NCBI RefSeq assembly: GCF_006345805.1
Contig: NC_043006.1
Span: 81,034,001 to 81,098,000 of the forward strand
Length of the DNA stretch: 64,000 nt
Direction: 5' to 3'
From: Octopus sinensis
Taxonomy: Eukaryota
Part shown: piece by piece, positions 13,993 to 25,962 of the stretch
Layout: each line of letters opens with the position of its first letter
How positions within the stretch are numbered: the first letter of the stretch is position 1
Notes under the pieces: generated by a model
What the model was told of the DNA's origin: nothing
Databases searched by the model: none
Seen by the model: only the letters and a program-made list of their open reading frames with translations
Program-made: the position numbers and the translations under genes

Positions 13993-14367
13993 CAGGATGA
14001 TTCAAAAATCTCCATACGTAGGAAACATGTATTTCTTTTATGAGAGACAGTTTATAAGATCCCCTAGATCCCTGATCTGACCCCTCTTGATTTCTATCTT
14101 TCAGAGCATTTGAAAGGCACGGTGTATCGCAGAAAGATAAAAAAACATGAAGCATTTGAAGGAACGCATCACCAACTCATTTGCACACGTATCACCAGAT
14201 GTGCTATTATGAGTTCACAATGAGTGGGGTAAACATATTGCAATGTGTATTCAAAACAATAATAGCCATATAGAGACTGTTAAAATAAAAAAAAAACTGT
14301 TCATATAAACTGTTTCTTATGAAAAAGATAAATTGTTCCTATGTATGGCGATTTTCTAATCAGCCTG
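13993..14367 (+). mobile_element. Internally deleted Tc1/mariner element with TIRs and TA target sites
   Basis: ~65-bp imperfect TIRs (CAGGATGATTCAAAAATCTCCATACG... / ...CATAGCGATTTTCTAATCAGCCTG-like), TA on both sides; internal transposase C-terminus PRSPDLTPLDFYLSEHLKGTVY...KHLKERIT. Confidence 0.8.
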
Positions 14368-14569
14368 TATATATATATATATATACATATACATATACAT
14401 ACATACACACACACACATATATATATATATGTATATATATATGTATATATATATATATATATATAATATGTATAATATATATATATATATGTATAATATA
14501 TATATATATGTATAATATATATATATGTATAATATATATATATATGTATAATATATATATATATATATG

Positions 14570-14623
<54 letters not shown>

Positions 14624-14765
14624 AATATATATATATATATATATATATAATATGTATATATATATATATATATAAAATATTATTTGAGACAAAACCACTA
14701 TTTTGCAAAACAAACAAGGAAAGACTTAATCAATACATAAATTTAATAAATAGTCAAAAAAACCG

Positions 14766-14808
14766 CCACTACAATCGTTTCTTGTCTTGATCGACAATCT
14801 TCAGGTGG
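14766..14808 (-). ncRNA. Minimal type I hammerhead ribozyme motif
   Basis: CCAC-CUGAAGA-UUGUC(GAUCAA)GACAA-GAA-ACGAUUGU-A-GUGG; 4-bp helix I, 5-bp helix II, self-complementary helix III, GUA site. Confidence 0.8.
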
Positions 14809-14851
14809 ACTTCCATAATTCAGTTACAATTGTAACTGAATTATTGGAAGT

Positions 14852-14893
14852 CCACCTGAAGATTGTCGATCAAGACAGAAACGATTGTAGTGG
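14852..14893 (+). ncRNA. Minimal type I hammerhead ribozyme motif
   Basis: CCAC-CUGAAGA-U-UGUC(GAUCAA)GACA-GAA-ACGAUUGU-A-GUGG; predicted cleavage after 14889. Confidence 0.75.
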
Positions 14894-15067
14894 CGGTTTT
14901 TTTGACTATTTATTAAATTTTATGTATTGATTAAGTCTTTCCTTGTTTGTTTTGCAAAATAGTGGTTTTGTCTCAAATAATATTTTATAATATTTTACTA
15001 AAATTGGATTTAATCCTAAATCTGATTTTTTTTCCCTGTAAATTTGGATATATTCCCTAATATTTAT

Positions 15068-15142
<75 letters not shown>

Positions 15143-15145
<3 letters not shown>

Positions 15146-16520
15146 TTTGATACTTTGATACTTTGATAGGTTTCGGCCATTATTGGCCCAGGCCATGTCT
15201 AACTTAATAGCACCACCTGGTGAAGTCTTTTAAGTCAGAATTTGGGCACTATGGCCCACTCAAGTAGAGAGTTATTTTTTACAGAGACATATCCGGGTGT
15301 TGGGGGTTTATCCGGGATTTCTTGAAGGAATCTGTCCAAAGACTTCTTGAACCCTATAGGGTCAGTTTCTGTTTTAATGTGTTTTGGTGTAATGTTAAAG
15401 AGAGCGGGGCCAATTGAGGTGAAATAATTGTGCCGTATTGTTGTTATGAGATGAGAGTGCGATTTTTGTTTTGGGCGGATGGCACGGGGCCCAAGCCTTG
15501 GATGTACCTTAAAGGTGATGCCAACATCATTTGGGCAATGCTGATGGAATATTTTCCACATCATGCAGATGATGTAGCGCTCACGACGACGTTGGAGAGA
15601 ATAGAGTTTTAGCTTTTCTAGTCGACCTCAATAGTCGAGGCCTGTCATGCCATCTATCTTTTTTGTGATTGCCCTTTGAGGTGCTTCAACTTTTATGATA
15701 CCTTGTATTGTGTGGGGAGACCACAGTGGACAACAGTATTCAAGGTGGAGTCGGGCAAAAGTGGAGAAGAGAAGGATAATGGTGTGGATATCTCTCGACT
15801 GGAAAGTTCTGAGAATCCAGGAACACATTCTGCGGGCCATGTCAACTTTGGTGTTTATATGAGTGGCCCAGCTTATGTTGTTGTCCACAATTACTCCGAA
15901 GTCTCTGATGTTGTTGGACGCCGCGAGAGTTTCACCTGAAGGAAGGGAGTATGGGAGTTTCAGGGCATCCTCTTTTCCAAAGTGGATTAGCTCAAATTTA
16001 TCCTCGTTCAGCAGCATATTGTTTTTTTCTGCCCATTGGATAACAGCCAGTAGATCTGACTGAAGGCATGTCCGGTCACTCGCCTCATTTATGACCTTCT
16101 GTAGCTTGGAGTCATCTGCAAAGATTTTTATGTTGCTGTGCTTGATGATGTCATTAATGTCATTAATGTAAATGATGAAAAGAAGTGGGCCCAGCACAGT
16201 GCCTTGCGGAACGCCACTACTGACTTTGGCTGGGCTTGATTTTACCCTTCAACTACAACATGTTGAGATCTGTCTGTCAGGAAACACTTGATCCATTTCA
16301 GTAACTTTCCAGAGACACGAATGTTGGATAGTTTTTTCAATAGGATCTTGTGATCGACCCTGTCGAAGGCCTTACTGAAATCAAGGTAGATGACATCGGT
16401 GTTGGAGCCCTCTCCCAAAGCTCTCAAAATGTCCTCAAAGTGATGCAGGAGCTGCGTTAGGCAGTCCCTTCCATTACGGACCCCATGTTGGTTGGAGATC
16501 AGCCGTCTCTTGCTTTCCAT
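15143..16520 (-). mobile_element. 5'-truncated CR1/L2-group LINE (RT domain + 3' end)
   Basis: [81 protein letters not shown]; one frameshift (~16245) and one TGA (~15630); 3' tail (ATCAAAGT)x3; (TA)n on both sides. Confidence 0.9.
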
Positions 16521-16564
16521 ATATAATATAATATATAATATATATATATATATATAAATAATAT

Positions 16565-16599
<35 letters not shown>

Positions 16600-16611
16600 T
16601 TATGTATATAT

Positions 16612-16656
<45 letters not shown>

Positions 16657-16694
16657 ATCACACACGCATATATATATATATATATATATTTATG

Positions 16695-16749
<55 letters not shown>

Positions 16750-17190
16750 TGTTATCAAAAAAGGGGTCGAATTAATTAATTGTTAATAAATTCGACCAAG
16801 CAGTATTCGGTATGTAAAGACCATTTACGGTATATTTGAAGTATTAATTTATAAAAATATGGTAAAGTAAAAGAATTCACTTTACCACACACCGAACTTT
16901 TCAGAAATAGCAGCCAAAAATTTGGCTATTTCTTCAACTGCAAATAAAAGTCTCCAGACAATGCATACTCAGAAAAATAACTCACATAGGTATAAGGGAA
17001 AAACAATGAAAGATCACATCCATATACGATACCCGAGGACAGTCTGTTTCTGGATTTGTGGGTAAAACGCCACTTTTCCTTCATCAGCTCAGAGATTTCT
17101 TCTGATTTAGATTTGAAAATACTAAGAATCAAACATACCCGTCCGATATCTGTAACATCGGACAAACCATGCCAGACACCCAGTACTAGC
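16750..17190 (-). mobile_element. Non-coding PLE-terminus-like repeat carrying an HHR (same family as 25505-25860)
   Basis: Collinear similarity with 25505-25860 on both sides of the ribozyme (e.g. CCGAACTTTT...AAATAGCAGCCAAA, CAGACA.TG.ATACTCA, GTAACATC.GACAAAC); flanked by (TA)n. Confidence 0.7.
17032..17094 (-). ncRNA. Type I hammerhead ribozyme motif
   Basis: CUCUGAG-CUGAUGA-A-GGA-AAA-GUGG(CGUUUUAC)CCAC-AAA-UCC-A-GAA-ACAG(A)CUGU-C-CUCGGG; GUC site; 6-bp helix I including two GU pairs. Confidence 0.85.
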
Positions 17191-17191
17191 G

Positions 17192-17254
<63 letters not shown>

Positions 17255-17521
17255 ACTGAAAGAATTAACCTCTATTAAGTAATTCAATAGTGAAAGACAT
17301 TTCCATTCTATATAGAAAAAATTAAAATATACTATAATTAAATATACTATAATACATATTATTTAAAAAATCAATAAATAAAATAAATTTCACTATGAGT
17401 TGCTTAATAGAGTTATTTCTCTTAATTATATACATATATTATGTATATTTATGAATCGAGACAACGAGGACTTGAGAGAGCTTACAACCTGTCTTTTTTC
17501 CAATGCCAGTGATACGGGTAA

Positions 17522-17553
<32 letters not shown>

Positions 17554-17556
<3 letters not shown>

Positions 17557-17913
17557 TCTTCTTCTTCTTTTCCCCGTCTGTCTTGATAGACAATGGGTTG
17601 CGCCAAGGGTGGGGCCTACTTTGATGATGTGCAGCGTCTGCTGTGACTGAACAGTCCAATTCTGGAGTGGCAGTCCTTGGTACAGTTGCTGCACACGAAC
17701 ATCGATGGGTACGTGTGGGGTGTTGCTGCAGTTGTCCTCCTCCTGTCCCGCCTGTCCAACCACAGCTGTGCTCTCCTTTCCTCAGCCATGGAAACGCCTT
17801 TCCTCACCGTCCGACGCCAGGCAGAGCAGTCAGCAGCTGTTTCCCCCCACGTGTCCACACAGATGTTGGCAGTCCTCAGGTCGCGCTTGCACACGTCCCT
17901 GTATCGTAGCTGT
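17554..17913 (-). mobile_element. RTE-clade LINE 3' fragment
   Basis: LRYRDVCKRDL...W...AADCSAWRRTVRKG...FVCSNCTKDCHSRIGLFSHSRRC* (C-terminal zinc finger), short 3' UTR, (GAA)n tail, inserted in (TA)n. Confidence 0.85.
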
Positions 17914-17914
17914 G

Positions 17915-17948
<34 letters not shown>

Positions 17949-17994
17949 GTATATGTATATTATATATATATATATATATATAGATATATATATA

Positions 17995-18048
<54 letters not shown>

Positions 18049-18190
18049 GAGGTTGTAAGATCTCTCAAGTCCTCGTTGTCTCGATTCGAGAGACAGAACC
18101 GAAGGTTTAATTACCCTTTCAGAGGTTGATATACATATATATATATATGTCATGTGTTTGTGTGTGCGTGTGTGTATGTTTGTGTGTGTG

Positions 18191-18221
<31 letters not shown>

Positions 18222-18489
18222 TCATGTGTATGTAAGTATATTTATGAATATATATGCATATATATCACTCTTTATACATATATTACTATTTTCTCGAGCA
18301 CCATTCCACGTATTTACTGCATTGAAAGCTATGTGTTACTACGTATTTAATCGTTCTCCTCCCAGTAGAATTTATATCACACGACAGATCTGAATGGCTG
18401 CTTATATTCATTGGTCACTAGCATTTGGCATTTTTCCTCTTTGCTACATCTAGTGATAAAGTGAATGACTAGGTCTATATATGATTAGG

Positions 18490-19335
18490 TCAAAGTTTTC
18501 TGATTCGTTCATCCCATGATGTTTTGTCATCACCTACGAATCTAGTTAGATGGAACGTCTCAGAGAATGGCATATGCAAATGCGGAAAGGTCAGAACACT
18601 GAAACATATTCTTTCCAACTGTTCCTTAACAGTGAACAGGTACACATGGAAGCACAACTTGGTCCTTAAGGTTATCTTCAATGCTATAAAGAACCAAATT
18701 CCTCTCAACAACACTGAGAAATAACCTTTGAAAGTACTAACTAGAGATTTCGTTACCTTCGTGCGCTCAGGTCAGTGGATCCGTTTCAAGAAGAAGAACA
18801 AGAAACTTCCTGTGAGAGATGAAAAGTGGAACGGCAATTGGGAGGTGACTGCAGGTTTACCTGGGTGCCCAGGTACGAAAAAATCCGGACATTTTAATGT
18901 GGTGTGAATAAAGGAAAATCGGAAATCTAGTCCAGTTAACGGTTCTTCATGAAGATAACATGGACGCCGCTCGGGCTCGAAAGATTGACCGTTATGTAAA
19001 CCTCATCGAGGAATGTGAAGACGCAGACTGGAAAGCGGAGCATTTTCCAATAGAAGTTGGATGTAGAGGGTTTGTTGGACACTGGTATCGTTAGGCCTCA
19101 ATCATCGTAAATTCAATACCACCATGACCGATATCCAAACTACAGTGGAGAAGGCTAGCCACTGGATTTGGTTAAAAAGAGACGATGAGCGATGGCTAGA
19201 AGAATATTGAGCTTTATTTGATAACCAGTTGATCTAGCAAGCGGGGCCTCATATCAGTGAGAGGAGCCGGTGCGCATTGATGCCGTCGAGAAGTAGGCCC
19301 CGAAACGGCGCGCATTCTCTCCTAATGACCCCATA
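18490..19335 (+). mobile_element. Decayed RLE-type non-LTR retrotransposon 3' part (HERO-like)
   Basis: KFLIRSSHDVLSSPTNLVRW...CKCGKVRTLKHILSNC...RYTWKHNLVL (CCHC), then ARKIDRYVNLIEECEDADWKAEHFPIEVGCRGFVG and EKASHWIWLKR. Confidence 0.7.
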
Positions 19336-19811
19336 CAGTTGCTGGCTTCCTGTATGCGACTGGTAGTACTTGCATGTAGAAGTTGTTTGCATTCATGTGT
19401 GTGTGTCTTTTTATTAGTGTGTACATGTGTGTGCGTACCTTTCCGTTTTCTCGTCTTCAACATATTCCGTGTTACATCATTTCTTTTCAAGAAGTGTAAT
19501 TTAATCGTGCGATAAATTTATCGATAAAAATAATATACAACGAAAACAAATGTGTTGTAATAATGTACAAAAACACTTGATTCTGCTGCAGTGTGGTTAT
19601 AGGAAGTTTCCATCATAACAACGTAGTTTGGGGCTTCAGTTCCGCAAAGTGGACCATGAGAAAGTGAGTAAAATACCTTCTAACAAAAGCGATATATCAT
19701 TTTAGTCAGCCAAACTTACGCTTCAACTAATGACGATGGAATAGCGGAAAAATTATATCGAGATGTAAAAGTTTTTGTATAAAAATTGAGGACCCCACAT
19801 ACCACAATTCC

Positions 19812-19871
<60 letters not shown>

Positions 19872-22814
19872 CATGTATGTATGTATGTATGTATGTATGC
19901 ATGCATGCATATATATAGCTATATTCATCTGACTACCTATGTATATGTCTGTGAGTTGGGATTTGTATGTATATACGTATTTATGTATATTAGGGTACAC
20001 TTAAATAACAGTTCATACATGTATTCAGAGTTGTATATAGTCACATTCTTGATTATCTTTAAGATAAAACGCAACCACCTAGGCATACAAACGCTGTTAA
20101 AAATTGGGTTTAAATTTTCATTCTGGATATTGATTAGGTTTCGTTTTTGAGATGTAACCCTATTTGGGTTCCTATATATTGATTTTCTTTCCAGTATCCA
20201 ATACACTAATTAATAACTGTTCTATGCTGGTTTCCCACAGCATATTTATTTCGTTAATAAGGTTCTTGTAATTTTATTATGTTTCAAATTCAATTTACTA
20301 TTTCGGGTGGAGTGAATAATGGAGTTCATAAAGGCACAAAGGTTTTCGTCTTTCTTTGATTAATTATATTAAGGTGTTTGCTTCATTTTATTCAGTAGCG
20401 TCTAGAACAAAACCAGTAATATCATTTTCAGTATTGCCAAATTAGAGCTTTCATACTTTACACTCATTTGAAATTATTTGAGTCTTTGCCAAATAGATAT
20501 GCCCGTCCACTATTGGTTCATGCTTTTGGCAATGGTCCACTTTTGCTAAAGCAGATCATCCAGATATTAGATTACTCATTGCCACATTAAATTCACTGCA
20601 AGCGGATGAAATGTTGCTAGATTTTGAAAACGTAACTTTAATTCTATAGTTTATATTGACCGTGTATTCAATATGTGCAGACATAATCATGTTCATTGTT
20701 TCTACCATAATTCGGAGATATTCGGTCATGATTGGCTTTCAAGTGAATGTACTCTTGGTGGGTGTCACCTAAATAGACAAGATCAGTCTGCTTGACAAGC
20801 CAAATTTGATTGTGTTGGTGATTTTAATGCAATTCCCACCTGCAGAGTGTTATGGATAAGCATTATTAGATGTGTTTGTTTTTTCAATCAACTATGAACA
20901 TATTAGTCAATATATAATAATGCTAGATAACAAGTCTTGCCTTGTAAAACTATATCTTAGTGAAATACGTGGAAATAGATATCCACTGATCTCAGTATAG
21001 ATACCTACATATATAAACATATAGTATATAAATGCCATATACGTGAAACAACAATGGAGAATTTATTCTCAGTCTAATAAAACATTCAAAACTGATGTAT
21101 ATTAGACTGTACTTTATTTAAAAAGAAGTAATAGGAGACAATATAGTTCAAGGTTTTAAAATTCTGGCAAAGAAAAAAGTAGTAGCTAACGGCTGGGACT
21201 ACTTGGCTCGTTTACATACTCTCTTATCATTAAACTATACATATGCAAGTACCAGAAAATAACTCCACTAATCTCTTGCTCTGGAGTGGTTCTTCATATA
21301 TAGGCCTCTATAAATGAGAGCATTCAGTTATCTCCGTTGGGTTTGAAATCAGTCCGCTGAGATGTGCTAGCCAGCCAAACCAACGCTATAACGACGTTGC
21401 TAATCCGCCGCATTCCCACAACAATATGAACAATAATAACAATCAAAGAGAGATTATTTTACCAAAGACAGAAGTACACGACATATACTGATCCAATGAA
21501 AAGAAGCAACTGTAGTAGTATCAGAGAAAACAGCAAGTGACACATTTTTGACTGTGTTCTTTACCAACTTCTCGTCAATCCGGTGGGTTACCTTCTTTCT
21601 TGCGTCTGGTCTAAGGCATTTATTAGTATAATAGCAGCAGCGTCCCAGATACAAGAGCAGTATTCCTTTCTTGGCTTCACTGAGACTTTGTATAAAGCCA
21701 ACAGCTATCTCAACAGTATAAACTGACATTATACAAAAAAGATACCGCCATTTGTTCAACTAGCGTCCAGCTTCATTACATTCTGCAAAGACAGTAGGAA
21801 AGGACTAATAAAGGCAGCATGCGTGTTAAGAGAACTAAAAATCATTCTGGCTTGTGCTTGTTAATAAAGACGGGTACTCTTTAAATGCTTTTGTCTTCGA
21901 GTGGTAAGAACGTCCCCTAACTACGTCAATAAATAACATGTACATACACAGCTGAAAGAGATAGTCTTTAAAGTATTCCTATAAAAATCTTCTGGTTGCT
22001 CAGCTGGGAAAGCAAGCGTATTAATCTTATTAGAAAGTGATTTAAATGCTTTGTCAGGATCTAATATGATGGGCATAACCCATTACAAGCCCTTCAAGCA
22101 TTGAAGGCCTGGTATTGGGTCATGGCCATCGCCCGAGATGGGGCGAAGAAGACCTGGCCTGAAAGCTTGCTACATACTATACATAGATAATTGGTGGCGT
22201 TAACGCGAAGATGTATTATATCTACCACCAAAGTTGGCTAAGAAGGGGTCAAACTTAGTACGCAATGCACCTCAACAAATACCAAAATACGTCCTCAAAT
22301 TGGTATTTATTTCATCGTCCTCGAATGGGTGAAAGACGAAGTCGACATCGGTATATTGGTTTGAAGCCAGCATGCAGAGAATCAAAATGATTATTGTGGA
22401 GCTGTCTTTCCAACGATCGTTTTGTTTCCCTGATAACTTAAATTCAAGTAGCAATAAATAAGCTAAACAAGAATTCAAGTCGTAAATTCTAAAACGTGAG
22501 AAAAAATTTGAGTAAATAAAGGTAAAACTAGAATAAAATCGTGATAGGAATGATATTGCATTACATCTGTGTATAAATATAAAGTTGGGTAAAAAACCTA
22601 TAGAAATATGCTATAGTACGATAGAGCATTGGAACTTGCCTTATTACAATGGTAGACCGTTTACCAGTGTGTACAGAAGATGTCTACTTGATTCCCATGA
22701 GCAGTATTCGACTTTTCCATCTATATTTTTTTAATTCAATATTGACACACCATTATTTATAAACTTATCATCTCTATGTTTAGCCCCGTGTGGGCAATAA
22801 ATAAATAAGAAATG

Positions 22815-23446
22815 AGAGATAGTTATGTGCAAAGTCTTCTGATTTTCCAAGTGTTATGCATACAAAATTGCCTGCAACTGTCGTGGTTTAGGAGTTGTCA
22901 GCAATGAAGGACATATGATATCTCCTTACATCTTTCCACAAGGCCTTAGAGTTAACTCTGCCGCCTACATTAAGGTCCTAAAATAATTGTTAAACTCTGG
23001 ATATACAGTATATGAAATCGAAGGCCATATGTGTTTCAGTAAGATTGAAATATTGTCCATGGCTCTAGTAACAAGAGGAATGGATGGCTGAAAATGTTCA
23101 TGATCACATTCCCCCTAACATTTGGCCTACTAATTCCACAGATATCAATCCATTGGACATGGGTGGCGTTTTTGAGAGAGAGGTCAATGAACTCGCCCAT
23201 AATACCAAAGATCATTTGAAAGCTGCCATAGTCAGAGTAAAGTCATAGTAAACCAAGACCACTTGATTTAGATCTCATATAGAAGCGGTTATTGAAGATG
23301 AAGTTGGCTTTATTGAATAACATCATAAAAAAAGGTTTATTTTTATTCTCATAGCATTTTTTGATAATTAAATTTATTATCTGTTATCATATATCTGCTT
23401 TCTTTTAATAAACATAAATCTGTCCTCAAATACCTTATGAACCCTG
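22815..23446 (+). mobile_element. maT/DD37D-like Tc1/mariner 3' half with right TIR
   Basis: PSVMHTKLPATVVV-LGVVSNEGHMISPYIFPQGLRVNSAAYIKVL, RRPYVFQ*D, WMAENVHDHIPPNIWPTNSTDINPLD; ends ...CCTTATGAACCCTG|TA. Confidence 0.8.
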
Positions 23447-23479
23447 TATTATATAGATATATATATATATATATATATA

Positions 23480-23533
23480 CAACAATAATATTAAGGAATG
23501 GCCTTAACAGGCCATTCCTTAATATTATTGTTG
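23480..23533. repeat. Perfect 25-bp inverted repeat with 4-nt loop
   Basis: CAACAATAATATTAAGGAATGGCCT-TAAC-AGGCCATTCCTTAATATTATTGTTG. Confidence 0.95.
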
Positions 23534-23664
23534 AATGTACATTATATAGTCTTTGACTATTTTTTCTCTCTCAGTAGACCGCTGGTGGCGAAAAAAATTC
23601 TCTTGAATTTTTTGCTACCCTGATATTGATTAATATATATTATATATATATATATTATATATAT

Positions 23665-23800
23665 ATCCACTCACAAGGCATTGGTCGGCCCGGGGCTATA
23701 GCAGAAGACACTTGCCCAAGGTGCCACGCAGTGGGACTGAACCCGGAACCACGTGGTTGGTTAGCAAGCTAATTACCACACAGCCACTCTTGCGCCTGCA
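23665..23800 (-). mobile_element. Inverted duplicate of the 5' 136 bp of the adjacent SINE
   Basis: One mismatch against the reverse complement of 23843-23978. Confidence 0.9.
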
Positions 23801-23802
23801 AC

Positions 23803-23839
<37 letters not shown>

Positions 23840-23844
23840 ATGTG

Positions 23845-24255
23845 CAGGCACAAGAGTGGCTGTGTGGTAATTAGCTTGCTAACCAACCACGTGGTTCCGG
23901 GTTCAGTCCCACTGCGTGGCACCTTGGGCAAGTGTCTTCTGCTATAGCCCCGGGCCGACCAATGCCTTGTGAGTGGATTTGGCAGACAGAAACTGATAGA
24001 AGCCTGTCGTATATATGTATATATATATATGTATATGTGTGTGTTTGTGTGTCTGTGTTTGTCCCCCTAGCATTGCTTGACAACCGATGCTGGTGTGTTT
24101 ACGTCCCCGTTACTTAGCGGTTCAGCAAAAGAGACTGATAGAATAAGTACTGGGCTTACAAAGAATAAGTCCCGGGGTCGATTTGCTCGACTAAAGGCGG
24201 TGCTCCAGCATGGCCGCAGTCAAATGACTGAAACAAGTAAAAGAGTAAAAGAGAG
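23845..24255 (+). mobile_element. Full-length tRNA-derived SINE (family A)
   Basis: GTGGCTGTGTGGTAA / GGGTTCAGTCCC head, internal (TA)/(TG) tract, 3' (AGTAAAAG)n-like tail; homologous copies at 29.2, 34.9, 53.4 and 55.2 kb. Confidence 0.85.
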
Positions 24256-24650
24256 TATATATATATTCTAAAACTAATGTTTTTTTTAAAATGTAATGCA
24301 TCACCTTTTCCCTTTAATGATTATGTAGATCACGTCCTGAAAGGATCTTCTGTCCGCTGATAGATTTGCTGGTTGTGCTACTGTGTCTACAAGTAAGCTC
24401 TGTCCACTAATCCCCTTATCTGCAAAAGCGGCGTCAATCCAGATTGCAACTGGAGTATTTTTGAAAGATATACTATGGACGCGTACATCACTGTGTGGTT
24501 CCCTTGACAACAACAGGGTTCTGCGTCTGATTCCTCTGCACAGCAAATAAATCGAGTGGCTTCTGAACGAAGTGGTAGAGATGATGCTATTGCATACATA
24601 TGTGTGTGCGTGTGTTTGTGCGTGCCTGTGTATGTATATATATATAATTT

Positions 24651-24750
24651 NNNNNNNNNNNNNNNNNNNNNNNNNNNNNNNNNNNNNNNNNNNNNNNNNN
24701 NNNNNNNNNNNNNNNNNNNNNNNNNNNNNNNNNNNNNNNNNNNNNNNNNN
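24651..24750. other. Assembly gap (100 N)
   Basis: Run of N. Confidence 1.
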
Positions 24751-25504
24751 GGATAGCCTATAAATTAGTTTTGCTGGAGGCATTATCTCAAACCTATAGA
24801 CACATGCATACACAAGAAGCATACGCACACAGAGGCATACAGACATAAATATATAGAGAGGTAGAAAGATAGGCCGATAAATAATAGTTTCATATATTGA
24901 TGTACACGCACACAAATATGGATGTGGATTTCTCAAATGCGTGAGCATCTGTTTGCATGGCTGAATATGTGTGTGATGGTGTGTGTTTGCATGTGCGTGT
25001 TAGTATACTGCTCTTGCATATTAGAACAAATAAACCTTCAATTTAAAAAGCTGAATACAGTGCAATAAATAAATATTCGTCATATTAATTTTTTGGCAAA
25101 TGATGGGTGGATTAAACATAGCCGACTCAGGCTGTTGTCGTGCAGCTTCCTAGCATTTTCTATCCATACGACGGACCTCTTCCTTCGCTCAAGCTTTCGT
25201 CAATCGTTTCATTTCATCAAATTAAAAATCTTCATCACTCATCTGACCTCGGAGAATAAACTGCTGTACTCATGTATTATATAAGGCTGAAAAATTGAAA
25301 ATTAATTCGATTTATATCAATTTAAAACCAGTGGTCTAGCATATAGAAAAATTATATTATATATTTATATAAGAGAGATGACCACTAAGTGGACATCCAT
25401 ATGCTAGAATCCGCCCCCCTATGGTCTTACCACTAAGAAAGGTCGACTTCTAGCATATGGCATCCCTTGTATATATATATATATATATATTACTTTATAT
25501 AATT

Positions 25505-25860
25505 TTGAGTATAGTTATAATTAGGGTTCAGCAAAAATTTGCTTCGCCACATACCGAACTTTTATAAATAGCAGCCAAAGAACTTAGCTACTTCTACTAT
25601 AAGAAGAATCTCCCAGACAGTGTATACTCAAAAACAATTCACGTAGGCATAGAGGCCATCTGATTACTTGTGAACGCGTTTCTGAGTTAGATAGATATGG
25701 AGATGCAAGAATTACATCTCCATTCTAACATTCTCTTCATCAGCACAAAGATTTCAATAATTTTAATTAGCACTGAAAAAAATTGAACATACCTATCTGA
25801 TTCAAGTAACATCAGACAAACTGTTTTCAACATCCAGTACCAACGAATTGAATATTATTA
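25505..25860 (-). mobile_element. Non-coding PLE-terminus-like repeat carrying an HHR (family of 16750-17190)
   Basis: Similarity to 16750-17190; bounded by AT/TA tracts. Confidence 0.7.
25667..25750 (-). ncRNA. Type I hammerhead ribozyme motif with long helix II
   Basis: CUUUGUG-CUGAUGA-A-GAG..UUAGA-AUGGAGAUG(UAAUUCUUG)CAUCUCCAU..UCUAA-CUC-A-GAA-ACGCGU-U-CACAAG; palindromic helix III, GUU site. Confidence 0.8.
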
Positions 25861-25898
25861 CTGATTATATATATATATATAGATCTATATATAATATA

Positions 25899-25962
<64 letters not shown>

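Larger units (their letters stand above)
14671..14989. repeat. 319-bp spacerless palindrome of a PLE-terminus-like sequence
   Basis: Centre CAGTTACAA|TTGTAACTG at 14829/14830; arms differ by three 1-nt indels as read by eye. Confidence 0.95.

Noticed and set aside
17455-18090. 38-bp inverted pair (17455-17492 / 18049-18086) as TIRs of an element enclosing the RTE fragment
   Set aside because: More likely two copies of a short repeat in opposite orientation; no TSD and no HHR core found.
19215-19335. Ribozyme in the HERO-like 3' UTR (TTGATGC...CGAAAC)
   Set aside because: Core mismatched and helices unconvincing.
20300-22300. Moderately GC-rich unique-looking stretches with partial reading frames
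   Set aside because: Only faint LINE-like words (DD.AL, SGGLPS) that are not collinear enough to call; needs BLASTX.
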